A DNA stretch of 25,779 bases from an uncultured Bdellovibrio sp. (GCA_963932905.1 CAWVRN010000040.1:1-25779); one strand, 5' to 3'; positions 1 through 8,775 are shown, numbered from the stretch's first letter. The notes: a model not told the origin generated them from the letters alone. Made by a program: numbers and translations.

Positions 1-55
1 TTGATTTGGCGATATTTTACTTGGCCTTAGCCGCAGGCTAAGGGGCCAGTTCATA
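1..55. repeat. Right end of a copy of the MITE/REP-like element (exact 55-bp direct repeat of 269..323)
   Basis: ttgatttggcgatattttacttggccttagccgcaggctaaggggccagttcata occurs identically at 1..55 and 269..323 (period 268 bp). Contains hairpin ccttagcc-gca-ggctaagg. Confidence 0.9.
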
Positions 56-63
56 TGCAAATA

Positions 64-320
64 GAACTGGCTCCTTAGCTTGCGGCCAAGAAGCTAAATT
101 CTGTTGGAAAGACAGTTGTTTAGCTGAAATTTAAAAGCGCTGTTCTGAAACAGTTTTTCAAAAAAAATTATTATCCGAATTAACTCGTAATACATTCGAG
201 TTTCGATCCCTCAAAAAAGCGAGCGTGTTGAATCTTTCTGGATTTTAGATACCACGTTTTAAATTCACTTGATTTGGCGATATTTTACTTGGCCTTAGCC
301 GCAGGCTAAGGGGCCAGTTC
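64..320. mobile_element. Putative non-autonomous miniature inverted-repeat element (MITE/REP-doublet-like), 257 bp
   Basis: Left end gaactggctccttagcttgcgg (64..85) matches the reverse complement of right end ccgcaggctaaggggccagttc (299..320) at 20/22. AT-rich interior with no ORF in the track. A second right end lies just upstream. Mobility is inferred. Confidence 0.6.
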
Positions 321-403
321 ATAATAATTAACATACCGATTTTGACACGCTCAGTTTCATCGCAGGACTAGACAATTTAGGAAATAGTTTCCATGATGGT
401 TTC

Positions 404-1120
404 ATGAATCAAACTCCAGCTCCTGCGCAACGAGAAAATCCGTTACTTAATATCCTATTCAACATCGTTATTCCGATCCTTATATTAAACAAAGGTGGAA
501 AATGGTTTGGCCCAAAGGAAGCTCTATTTGTAGCATTAGCCTTCCCAATTTTTTATGGCATTTACGATTACGTTCAACAAAAGAAAACAAACTATATTTC
601 ATTACTAGGTATTTTAAACGTTGGCTTCACTGGTGGTTTTGCATTATTAAAACTGGAAGGAATTTGGTTCGCAGTTAAGGAAGCTTCATTTCCTATTCTG
701 GTTGGATCATTCGTTTTATTTTCCGCCTTCACTAAAGCTCCCTTTGTAAAAACATTGTTTTTAAATCCTCAACTACTAAAAATGGATAGCATCCTAGCCT
801 CTATTGCTGAGAAAAAACGTGAACAAGAATTTGAAATGCTTTTAAAACGTGGCACAATTTTACTCTCGTCTTCGTTCGTACTGAGCGCCATACTTAATTT
901 CTCGCTAGCGTACTATATTTTTACGCCCATTGCCGCTAGCCTTGGCGAAGAACAACGAGCCGAAGTATTAAATTTACAGATTGCTCAAATGACTCAATGG
1001 TCGTTCATCGTCATAATGATTCCTTCAATGCTGGCCTTAATTTCTATTATGGTTTACCTATTCAACCAAATGAAGCGAATCACCGGTTTATCGAACGACG
1101 AACTTCTACAAAATACCTAG
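404..1120 (+). CDS. VC0807-family / intracellular septation protein A-like integral membrane protein
   Basis: N-terminal [14 protein letters not shown] motif, WFAVKEA motif and about 6 hydrophobic segments. Confidence 0.75.
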   Translation: MNQTPAPAQRENPLLNILFNIVIPILILNKGGKWFGPKEALFVALAFPIFYGIYDYVQQKKTNYISLLGILNVGFTGGFALLKLEGIWFAVKEASFPILVGSFVLFSAFTKAPFVKTLFLNPQLLKMDSILASIAEKKREQEFEMLLKRGTILLSSSFVLSAILNFSLAYYIFTPIAASLGEEQRAEVLNLQIAQMTQWSFIVIMIPSMLALISIMVYLFNQMKRITGLSNDELLQNT

Positions 1121-1267
1121 GAAAACACGACACTCCCTAAGTGTTTAATGTTTGAACATTTTCTAAATTGTGGCCGCATTTTTTGGCTTTTCCTTCATGT
1201 TCTTGGTCGTCAAATTCATTTATATGATTTTAAAATGTCATGGTTTTTGAATCAACCGGCTTAGGAC

Positions 1268-2566
1268 ATGAAAACACGTTTACAGCTGATCTACCTATTG
1301 TCTGCCTACCTCCTGCTACTTAGTGGTTGCACGAAGAAAAACACGTCTATGTCTCCGGACAAAAAGAAAGCCGCAGCCGCGACTAAGAAAGCCACTGACG
1401 CTGCAAAAGATGACACCAAGGGCACAACTCCATCATCACCTAGCCCGGCGCCTTTGGAAACACCAGTCGTTCAGCAAACACCAGCTACTTCTGCAGACGA
1501 AACCGCAACGGATTCCTCGGTAGCAGATTCGTCGTCGGCAGCTACCGATTCCAGCGTCGCAGCGACTCGTACTTCCAGCAGCGCAGACACGGTCACGACG
1601 AGTGACGCGGGTGACGCCCCATCGACGGTAACGATTCAACCGGAGAAACCAACGGCGTCGACCGCTACCGAACCTACCGCGCCGACGGCTGACGCGACAA
1701 CATCGCAATTCGAGAAATGCTTACAAGAAAAATCGTCAGCTATCGTGGCCACACTCAAAGCTATCGAGCCACGTGAACCGACACCATCAAACTTTTTAAG
1801 TCTAAAAGACTTATTATTGAAATCGTGCGAATCTAAATTAGAAAACAAAGCAAATAGCCCCGATTCGTATCAGCTAGAAGCTTCTAAGCTTATTGCCTCG
1901 GAAACTTTGAAAGCCTTCCCAAAATATGAACCGATCGTTAAATTCTTCAACGCCATCGAAAACAATACTACGCTTACCCCCGAACAAAAAGAAAACATCT
2001 ACAAGTACTACGGCAGTGGCGGCGAAATTAGTTCAAAAGATATCCATTTCTATGGAAAACTAGAAGGTTCAAAAGCCTCGCCCAATGTAATATCGTACCT
2101 AATCACGAGTGCGACAGGAACACGTACAACTCGCGTATTTACAAACAACAAAGAAATCAAAAAGACGGTTACTGATTTAAAATCATCACCAAAGACTACG
2201 AATCGCTACACATTTGACTTCAGTCCGACACAAAATAATACTTACACTTTAAACATCAGCAACGGCGAAGCTAAACTGGTCGTAAATGTGACGTTCATTA
2301 AAGGCGACATCAAAACCTTACGCGAACGCAAAGCTGTGATCGTGGCGCTGACTGCGGAGTCGTGGTCAAAGGTACAAGAAGAACATTTACGCCGATTGAT
2401 TTCGTCGGAAGCTAAAGAATTGATTTCGATGCCATTCGCATTAGAACGTGAGCAAACGAACATGGCACTTGTTCGTACTTGCAGTTTAGATGCGGACTAT
2501 ATTGCGTGTACGGATCCCGATTTCACATCACGCGCAGTAGTTAAAGCATCAGCGAAAGCTAAATAA
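1268..2566 (+). CDS. Lipoprotein with long Ser/Thr/Ala/Pro-rich linker and unknown C-terminal domain
   Basis: Lipobox LLSG-C after a hydrophobic signal peptide; low-complexity region at about aa 25-145 (DSSVA repeats); 432 aa; 3' end overlaps tsaE by 18 bp. Confidence 0.8.
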   Translation: MKTRLQLIYLLSAYLLLLSGCTKKNTSMSPDKKKAAAATKKATDAAKDDTKGTTPSSPSPAPLETPVVQQTPATSADETATDSSVADSSSAATDSSVAATRTSSSADTVTTSDAGDAPSTVTIQPEKPTASTATEPTAPTADATTSQFEKCLQEKSSAIVATLKAIEPREPTPSNFLSLKDLLLKSCESKLENKANSPDSYQLEASKLIASETLKAFPKYEPIVKFFNAIENNTTLTPEQKENIYKYYGSGGEISSKDIHFYGKLEGSKASPNVISYLITSATGTRTTRVFTNNKEIKKTVTDLKSSPKTTNRYTFDFSPTQNNTYTLNISNGEAKLVVNVTFIKGDIKTLRERKAVIVALTAESWSKVQEEHLRRLISSEAKELISMPFALEREQTNMALVRTCSLDADYIACTDPDFTSRAVVKASAKAK

Positions 2567-2977
2567 AGAGTATTTCCGCTGACCATTTGATTGCACCTCA
2601 ATTTGCAAAAACCATTTTATCCAGTCGAGCGGGATTTCATCGACAGAAATTCGCTCTACCCATTCTGTCAGCACAATAGAATCCGGATCTGCGAACAAAT
2701 CCCAAAATCCAGATGAATCGATGTCCTCTGACGATTTCAAGCGATACAAATCAACATGGACTATAGATAGACCATAAGCCTTATATGTATTGTACAAAGC
2801 AAATGTGGGTGAAGATACCACCACGTTTTGATCACGTAGCAGTGTTGATATAAACGTTGTTTTGCCTGCCCCCATATCACCTCGAAAGCCAATAAAGGTC
2901 TTTGCCTTTAACCGCTGCAGAACAGCAGCCATAATTTCATTGTGATCTTGAGTTTGCAGAACGAGTGCTTCCGTCAT
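2549..2977 (-). CDS. tsaE: tRNA threonylcarbamoyladenosine biosynthesis ATPase TsaE
   Basis: Walker A GDMGAGKTT, SSPTF, HVDLYRL and EW motifs diagnostic of TsaE/YjeE. Confidence 0.95.
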   Translation of the reverse strand: MTEALVLQTQDHNEIMAAVLQRLKAKTFIGFRGDMGAGKTTFISTLLRDQNVVVSSPTFALYNTYKAYGLSIVHVDLYRLKSSEDIDSSGFWDLFADPDSIVLTEWVERISVDEIPLDWIKWFLQIEVQSNGQRKYSLFSFR

Positions 2978-2986
2978 GCCTATTTA

Positions 2987-4267
2987 TTACGAAGCTTTCA
3001 GCAATTCTTCAACTAAATCATCTAATTTTTTAATTTGCGCCGAAATCTGTTGTGATGATTCATTCGTCATCTGGGCGATATGAGCATTTTTCTGAGTCGA
3101 TACATCCATTTTATCGACAGCCATTTTGATCTGTTCGATTCCGACAGACTGTTCTTCCGTTGCAGATGAAATTTCTTTGTTTAAATTTTTAAGACTCTCG
3201 ATCGATTTCACGATCGCAACCAAAGACTCTCCGCTTTGATCTGTTTTCTTTTTACTGAGTTCTATCTGATGTGCACTTTGGGCGATCAACGTCGAAATCT
3301 CTTTCGCTGCTTGCGCACTTCGTTGCGACAAACTACGAACGGCATCCGCAACTACCGCAAACCCACGTCCCTGCTCCCCCGCGCGAGCGGCCTCGACAGC
3401 GGCATTCAAGGCCAGCAAATTGGTCTGAAAGGCAATATCATCGATCAGGCTAGTGATATCTTTGATTTTATTTGACGACTGTGAAATTACGTTCATCAGC
3501 TCGATCAGCTCGTACATATTTTGCTCACCGGCTTTTGCTGCAACACTGCTGGAAACAGACAGTTCAGAGGCATTAGTTGCATTTTGATTATTTTGCTTAA
3601 CCATCGAATTAATTTCTTCAAGAGATGCCGCTGTCTGCTGAACTGCATGAGCCTGTTCTTGCGATGACGACGTCAACTGCTGACTTTGCGATGTCGATTC
3701 CGCCGAAGACGAATTGATATTTAAAATCAGAACTTTAAGTTCCTCAATAACAGAGCCTTGATTCACGATAATCTTCTTAAACTTATAAGACACATACACA
3801 GTCGGAATCGCTTCTAAAATAACGAACAGTGCATGAACTATAACAATACCGAAAGTTGCCTCGTAGTTGAAAACGCTTTTTGGCAAAAATAACCAAAACC
3901 CTACGTGATGAACCGCGATGGTTGCAGCCGCTGCCACGACCACCCAAGGGTTAGCAAAAATAACCAACAACGCCAAACCCACGAAAATATGAAAATGCAT
4001 CTCGATCATTCCGCCAGTGATGTGGATCAGCAAGGCACTAAATCCCATCAATGCGACACCCATAGCGACCGAAGCGACACGAGATGATTTTTTTAAAACA
4101 AACAACAGCGCTGGCCCAGCCAACAAAGCGATGGATAGTAACGAAGTCAAAACCACATCGGATTTTAGGAAGTAGGCTAAACCAACCAACACAGGTAAGT
4201 GAACGGCCAGGATGCTTAACAAGATAATATTCATTTTCTGCACATAACGACGTTCTAAATTGTTCAC
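2987..4267 (-). CDS. Methyl-accepting chemotaxis protein with multi-TM His-rich N-terminal sensor
   Basis: Hairpin tip [30 protein letters not shown]; about 6 TM helices with IEMHFHIF and AVHH. GTG at 4267 is preferred over TTG at 4273 because of spacing to the aaggag RBS. Confidence 0.92.
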   Translation of the reverse strand: MNNLERRYVQKMNIILLSILAVHLPVLVGLAYFLKSDVVLTSLLSIALLAGPALLFVLKKSSRVASVAMGVALMGFSALLIHITGGMIEMHFHIFVGLALLVIFANPWVVVAAAATIAVHHVGFWLFLPKSVFNYEATFGIVIVHALFVILEAIPTVYVSYKFKKIIVNQGSVIEELKVLILNINSSSAESTSQSQQLTSSSQEQAHAVQQTAASLEEINSMVKQNNQNATNASELSVSSSVAAKAGEQNMYELIELMNVISQSSNKIKDITSLIDDIAFQTNLLALNAAVEAARAGEQGRGFAVVADAVRSLSQRSAQAAKEISTLIAQSAHQIELSKKKTDQSGESLVAIVKSIESLKNLNKEISSATEEQSVGIEQIKMAVDKMDVSTQKNAHIAQMTNESSQQISAQIKKLDDLVEELLKAS

Positions 4268-4282
4268 ACTCAACTCCTTAAA

Positions 4283-4834
4283 TCATTCTTTATACCTAAA
4301 TTGAAATGGATCCATCGCTGTTTTCAAGGCCGGCGACAACGCACATCCCATTACAGGAAACGATGCCACCGTACGACCCTCTTGAACCATGTTGATAATT
4401 TCAATGTCGCGACTATCAACTTCGTCGATATTTTTATACCCACCCGAATACTTCAACTGACCGTCACGGCCCGTAACAATCAACACTGGCGCACTTTCTA
4501 AATTCAAGGAATCTTTCAAACCGTTTACTGATACATGACTAATATGAAAGCCTTTGGTCGCAAGTTCAGATTCGTTTGGCAACTCACCATCAACGATGAT
4601 AATCGATTCATCCAAATTTTGTGGGCGAGGTTGTTCGGCAAGATAGCGACCAATACGCTTTGAGCATTTGCATTTTGCCCCCAAAACATGAGTCACACTT
4701 AAATAAGAGTTTTGTTGGACTGTTCCTGTTTTCACATCAACAGAAAAAGGAAGATTGTGTTGGGCCATCAAAATAGATAATGGAACCGACACGACGACAA
4801 ACCAAACTACAAGTACAATGACTTCCTTTTTCAT
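4283..4834 (-). CDS. Membrane-anchored thioredoxin-like protein with CxC motif (DUF6436-like)
   Basis: N-terminal TM, HVLGAKCKCS, SAPVLIV (cis-Pro-like loop), YSGGY, C-terminal GC; directly upstream of the MCP. Confidence 0.65.
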   Translation of the reverse strand: MKKEVIVLVVWFVVVSVPLSILMAQHNLPFSVDVKTGTVQQNSYLSVTHVLGAKCKCSKRIGRYLAEQPRPQNLDESIIIVDGELPNESELATKGFHISHVSVNGLKDSLNLESAPVLIVTGRDGQLKYSGGYKNIDEVDSRDIEIINMVQEGRTVASFPVMGCALSPALKTAMDPFQFRYKE

Positions 4835-4842
4835 CTGAAAAA

Positions 4843-4869
4843 CTATCGGCCTATTACCAAAATAATTAA
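4843..4869 (-). promoter_or_regulatory. Sigma-28 (FliA)-type promoter
   Basis: Minus strand reads TTAA-N15-GCCGATAG (consensus TAAA-N15-GCCGATAA), 8 nt before the ATG at 4834, ahead of a chemoreceptor operon. Confidence 0.7.
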
Positions 4870-5181
4870 CCTCCTGTCTGCCGAATTCTTAATATGAGAC
4901 AGTAGATGCCGCCAGCTAAAACACGGCAGTCTTCGAAAAGTCTTCAGAACTAAAAACAGCTCCAGAAATCGCGATCTCTACGCGGCATTGCAACGACAGA
5001 TCGACACCAAAACCTTTAAAGCCGCCAGGTTACACCTTATTAGTCGTTTACTATGTCATTCCTAAACATCAGCTAACTAACTGTTTTTACGCGACATTAT
5101 AGACCAACTCCTATCAGTGTCCAAATTCAGTACGAAATTCCCCCTGGAAAACGACTTGGCATCTTTGAAAGTATTTTTAGC

Positions 5182-6807
5182 GTGAACTCTGGAATACTGA
5201 CTTTCATCGCCACGTTTGCCCTACTTTCCCCTGTCCTTAAGGCGTCGGAAGGACCGTCGTGCCTTGAATTCTACAGCGGTAAACCCAAAACTGACCGCCC
5301 AGCTAGAGTGATCTACGAAGCCTCACGGCGCATAGCTGCTAACTTTAGGGAGTTTTTCGTCAAAGAAAATCTACATATTGAAGTTACCTCGCAAAAAGAT
5401 CGCGAAGAATTTATTCGTGCCGACATCCAAGTCGCACGACCAAATCGAATCGTGATTGAGTTTGAAAACTCAAAACTAAAATTTTTAAACGATGTTCTAA
5501 ACGATAAAGATTTAATTACATCGATCGATAATTTTGCAAACCAATACATTCTAAATCAAATCAAAGGTTGGATATATGGCCACTTTGATCTAGGTGTCTC
5601 GTTCAAAACATATTCGGATGGGAAAAGTCTTACGATCATTATTGACTCGCGACAACGCTTTACTGATGCCGACCTTGAACGCATTGATAAGGTATTTGAA
5701 AAATTTCAAGCTAATTTGGGGGAAATGCTCAAATCGAAAAAACTATTTCGAGATTCTGATAAAATCGAAGAATGGTTTCGTATGGGTGTAGGCAGAACCG
5801 CCGATGAAGCCTATTTTTCTGCACGCGTTTCGCGAAAACTTTCCGGACCAAATGCCGTTAAACATTACTCAAACCCGTACATACAGAAAACCTTAACCAC
5901 CCTCTTGTTTCACGCGGAATACAGTCGGGAGCAGCTCACTCAAATTCCAGAACTAGCCACTTTGCTAGACAGAGAAGAAACGACTGGGAAATTGATTCCT
6001 AAAATGGAATTGTTTGAAATATTAAGAAAAATTTCCGATCAAGAAGAAATCAGAATGGCAATTAGCGAAAACCTACACATCGAAATTACCAAAGATCACG
6101 CAGAATCTTTATCAATTTATGCTGAAATTATTGATTTACTGAATCCAAAATTTTTCGTTGTTGATCAATCCGTGGTGACACTAGAAAATGCCGCCAACGG
6201 CGGCGTCGTGATCGATCGTAAGGGCATGGGATCAGCGAACCAAATGGCGACCGCGATTGCCGCAGCCAAGGCCAATACACCTTTTGAATTCTTAGTTTAT
6301 AATCGCGTAGAAGAGAAAAAAGTCACCGACGAAATTAATCAGTATCGCCAATCCATGGAAAAGCAATGGGGCGCCAAATGTCGCGGCGATGATTGTGTGA
6401 TAAATGACCTTAAAAACATTAATGTTGCTGAGTTTCTAAATGATCCTTTGATCAAAGGACAACGCGTGGTTTTCATTCCACCCGGCATTCAGCAGTCACA
6501 CCACCGGTCAGAAATGTCGACTCACGGAGAAGCCATTGAAAAACTGTTTGTTAAACAGTTAATCAAAGCGATTTCGAGCGCTGATTACAAAAACCTTACG
6601 TTTGCCGTAAACTTCAAAACGACAAATATGAATCAAGGGGCCATCGAGCTGCTTGTGAACCCACTAGATCATGGAATTGCGGCCGAAACTCTGCAAAAAA
6701 TTCGCGACAGTTTCCAAACAGCTTTGATCGACTTCAATGCATCTCGAGTGAAGCTGGGTAAGCCGTCGACCTACTACCCTTTCGGTATCCAAGTACTTGG
6801 ACAGTGA
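5182..6807 (+). CDS. Exported hypothetical protein, possible tandem GGDEF/Cas10-like palm domains
   Basis: Sec-type signal peptide; 541-aa ORF; motifs IEFENSKLKFLND, MGVGRTADEA, VIDRKGMG, RGDD. The ORF is solid; the fold is inferred. Confidence 0.7.
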   Translation: MNSGILTFIATFALLSPVLKASEGPSCLEFYSGKPKTDRPARVIYEASRRIAANFREFFVKENLHIEVTSQKDREEFIRADIQVARPNRIVIEFENSKLKFLNDVLNDKDLITSIDNFANQYILNQIKGWIYGHFDLGVSFKTYSDGKSLTIIIDSRQRFTDADLERIDKVFEKFQANLGEMLKSKKLFRDSDKIEEWFRMGVGRTADEAYFSARVSRKLSGPNAVKHYSNPYIQKTLTTLLFHAEYSREQLTQIPELATLLDREETTGKLIPKMELFEILRKISDQEEIRMAISENLHIEITKDHAESLSIYAEIIDLLNPKFFVVDQSVVTLENAANGGVVIDRKGMGSANQMATAIAAAKANTPFEFLVYNRVEEKKVTDEINQYRQSMEKQWGAKCRGDDCVINDLKNINVAEFLNDPLIKGQRVVFIPPGIQQSHHRSEMSTHGEAIEKLFVKQLIKAISSADYKNLTFAVNFKTTNMNQGAIELLVNPLDHGIAAETLQKIRDSFQTALIDFNASRVKLGKPSTYYPFGIQVLGQ

Positions 6808-6941
6808 CCCTACAATTTGTCACACTGACTTTCTTTTAGACATCTGCAAAAGTCCTTGCCGCGTTTATAGCGTCCATAAGCTGTCCTATGGTTTGCATGG
6901 TTTGCAAAAGCCATCACAGTCAGAAAATTTAAAGGTACGTT

Positions 6942-8120
6942 ATGAACAAAACTAACTTGTTTTTAGTAGCTATTGCTATAACTGCAACTCTGTGTTCGGA
7001 ATCATTTGCCGAAACAAACAATTGTATTCAGATCTACAGAGGTTCTTCACGTGCTAAACTCACAGCTGAGGCCCCTCAAGATCCTGTACAGCTTCAAAAT
7101 ACGAAAAATTACTTCGCATCTTTGATTGATGTGGACTTACTACAGTACCGCGGTCAAGAAATCGAGCAAGTGGCTTCCGGCAAAAAATATAGTGGTTCAC
7201 GAAATTTAATTCCCAATGCAGCCATCGATGCATTGACCGCTAAATACGGCCGCAGACGCTGGACAGACCAACAAATTGTAGCCGAACTAAATGATCAAAC
7301 TCTAAAATTGCTAGAAGCGTACCGTCCCGATGACGATTCGGATAAACGTTTTGATTTTCTACCGAGCAAAGACCTGGGTTTAAAAGTCCTAACATCCATC
7401 GAGGAACATCCTGTTGTGGCCCAATACGCGGCTAACAAATATCAACAAAATGGAACCGAGATTGGTTACTGTTTCGGTCGTGGTTGCTATGTCGATTTGA
7501 TGTTAATGAGACTGGGTGTCGACCGCGATTCTATAAAAAAAATCTGGGCCGTGGGTCCTATGGGTGCTGGAGAAATCACTTGGCAATTTCATATCGGGCA
7601 TATGGTTCGCCTACCTGACAATACATGGATCGTAATCGACAACGTACCAAGTTACACGGAAGTCCTTGAAGCCCGCGCCTGGGGAGAACACTTCAAAGCC
7701 GAAAATCCAGATGGCAAATTACGTTTGTACATCACGGATAGTGATAAATTCACACCTAGTTTAGGGAAATATGATCCAGTACAATTGGGTCTAAATATCA
7801 ATCGTAATCGCGATTGGTACAAAGGTTATTTCCAAGATCTAAAGACTTGGTTCGAGAATACCAGTGACGCCGAATTGGCAAAGTTCTTAGGCATCAATGT
7901 ATTGCCAACTCGACCGACCCCGGTCAACCCAACTCCGCAAGAAATCGCGGTATCAAAAGCCGAAGAGTGGGCGTTCTCACAAATACCACCCCAATCGTTA
8001 CCGAACACGGGTGTACAAGATTCGAACGCACCTCATAACCGAGGCCGCTTTAGCAACATGTGGGATCACATCAAGAAATTTGGAAAACGCTTGGGTTTCG
8101 ACGAGGACCAACAACAGTAA
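6942..8120 (+). CDS. Exported protein-glutaminase-like (papain-fold Cys-His-Asp) enzyme
   Basis: Signal peptide ending SFA; GYCFGRG (C177), WQFHIG (H217), VID (D233), matching the GCxxRA / WxYHVA / VID pattern of protein-glutamine glutaminases. Confidence 0.7.
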   Translation: MNKTNLFLVAIAITATLCSESFAETNNCIQIYRGSSRAKLTAEAPQDPVQLQNTKNYFASLIDVDLLQYRGQEIEQVASGKKYSGSRNLIPNAAIDALTAKYGRRRWTDQQIVAELNDQTLKLLEAYRPDDDSDKRFDFLPSKDLGLKVLTSIEEHPVVAQYAANKYQQNGTEIGYCFGRGCYVDLMLMRLGVDRDSIKKIWAVGPMGAGEITWQFHIGHMVRLPDNTWIVIDNVPSYTEVLEARAWGEHFKAENPDGKLRLYITDSDKFTPSLGKYDPVQLGLNINRNRDWYKGYFQDLKTWFENTSDAELAKFLGINVLPTRPTPVNPTPQEIAVSKAEEWAFSQIPPQSLPNTGVQDSNAPHNRGRFSNMWDHIKKFGKRLGFDEDQQQ

Positions 8121-8134
8121 CCTCTATGCTGTAT

Positions 8135-8159
8135 AGAAGAGATCTTTCAGATCTCTTCT
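8135..8159. terminator. Hairpin between convergent genes (likely bidirectional terminator)
   Basis: agaagagatct-ttc-agatctcttct, perfect 11-bp stem. Confidence 0.55.
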
Positions 8160-8227
8160 GTACGCGCGGGTCGAGATCTTTCAGATCTCTTCTGTACGCG
8201 CGGGTCGAGATCTTTCAGATCTCTTCT
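8139..8227. repeat. 34-bp tandem repeat, 2.6 copies
   Basis: gagatctttcagatctcttctgtacgcgcgggtc at 8139 and 8173, partial copy (21 bp) at 8207; copies are identical. Confidence 0.95.
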
Positions 8228-8775
8228 TCGAAACGACATTCGTGGGGAGCGTAGTCCATGATGTAGTCGTAGCTTTGACCTTGAATTTCATAACTGACAC
8301 TCACTGTGTATTTTTTAAATTCGCCACTGGCTGTTTTTGTAACGACTTCGCTGCGGCTGATCTGCCATGGTTTGATTTCTTTTTTTGCTGACGTCAAACT
8401 TTCGCCACCGCCAACACAACTGAAAATTTCATCATTCAATCGTTTGCAGTTCTTTTTATCCCACCGAAGCATGATGTCATCGCCTGTATTCTTAGCCACT
8501 TCGGCTTTATCTAACAAGCCCGCCATATCATTTGGGACAATCAATCTTTGGACAAACGGAGCATATAGAGTTCCGTTGTGATGCATGACTCGCACGTTAA
8601 AATGATCGCCGTCGTCAGCAAACCAAAACGAGGTCGTCGGAAATTCAGTCGTGCATTTAAAATCAAATGGTCGCAGAATCTTTGTAACTTCAACTGACTG
8701 AGCTTGACTCACGGAACCCAATGTTAAAAACGATAAACCAACGATCAACAGAACAACTGCCTTTGAAATAACCAT
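8215..8775 (-). CDS. Exported hypothetical protein
   Basis: Strong RBS aaggaggag; signal peptide ending SQA; 4 Cys in the mature part. Confidence 0.8.
   Translation of the reverse strand: MVISKAVVLLIVGLSFLTLGSVSQAQSVEVTKILRPFDFKCTTEFPTTSFWFADDGDHFNVRVMHHNGTLYAPFVQRLIVPNDMAGLLDKAEVAKNTGDDIMLRWDKKNCKRLNDEIFSCVGGGESLTSAKKEIKPWQISRSEVVTKTASGEFKKYTVSVSYEIQGQSYDYIMDYAPHECRFEEEI

Noticed and set aside
1..323. CRISPR repeats or tRNA/att site
   Set aside because: The 55-bp repeats are separated by 213 bp; there is no cloverleaf and no integrase in the window.
5145..5172. Sigma-54 promoter upstream of the 541-aa gene
   Set aside because: The GG and GC elements do not show the required GG-N10-GC spacing.
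5182..6807. Bona fide Cas10 of a type III CRISPR system or an active diguanylate cyclase
   Set aside because: It has a signal peptide, no HD domain or Zn-finger, no csm/cmr neighbours and no GG[DE]EF motif; only a fold-level resemblance is proposed.
8139..8227. CRISPR-like array of palindromic repeats
   Set aside because: The intervening sequences are identical and about 13 bp long, there are only 2.6 units, and no cas genes are nearby; it is a simple tandem duplication.
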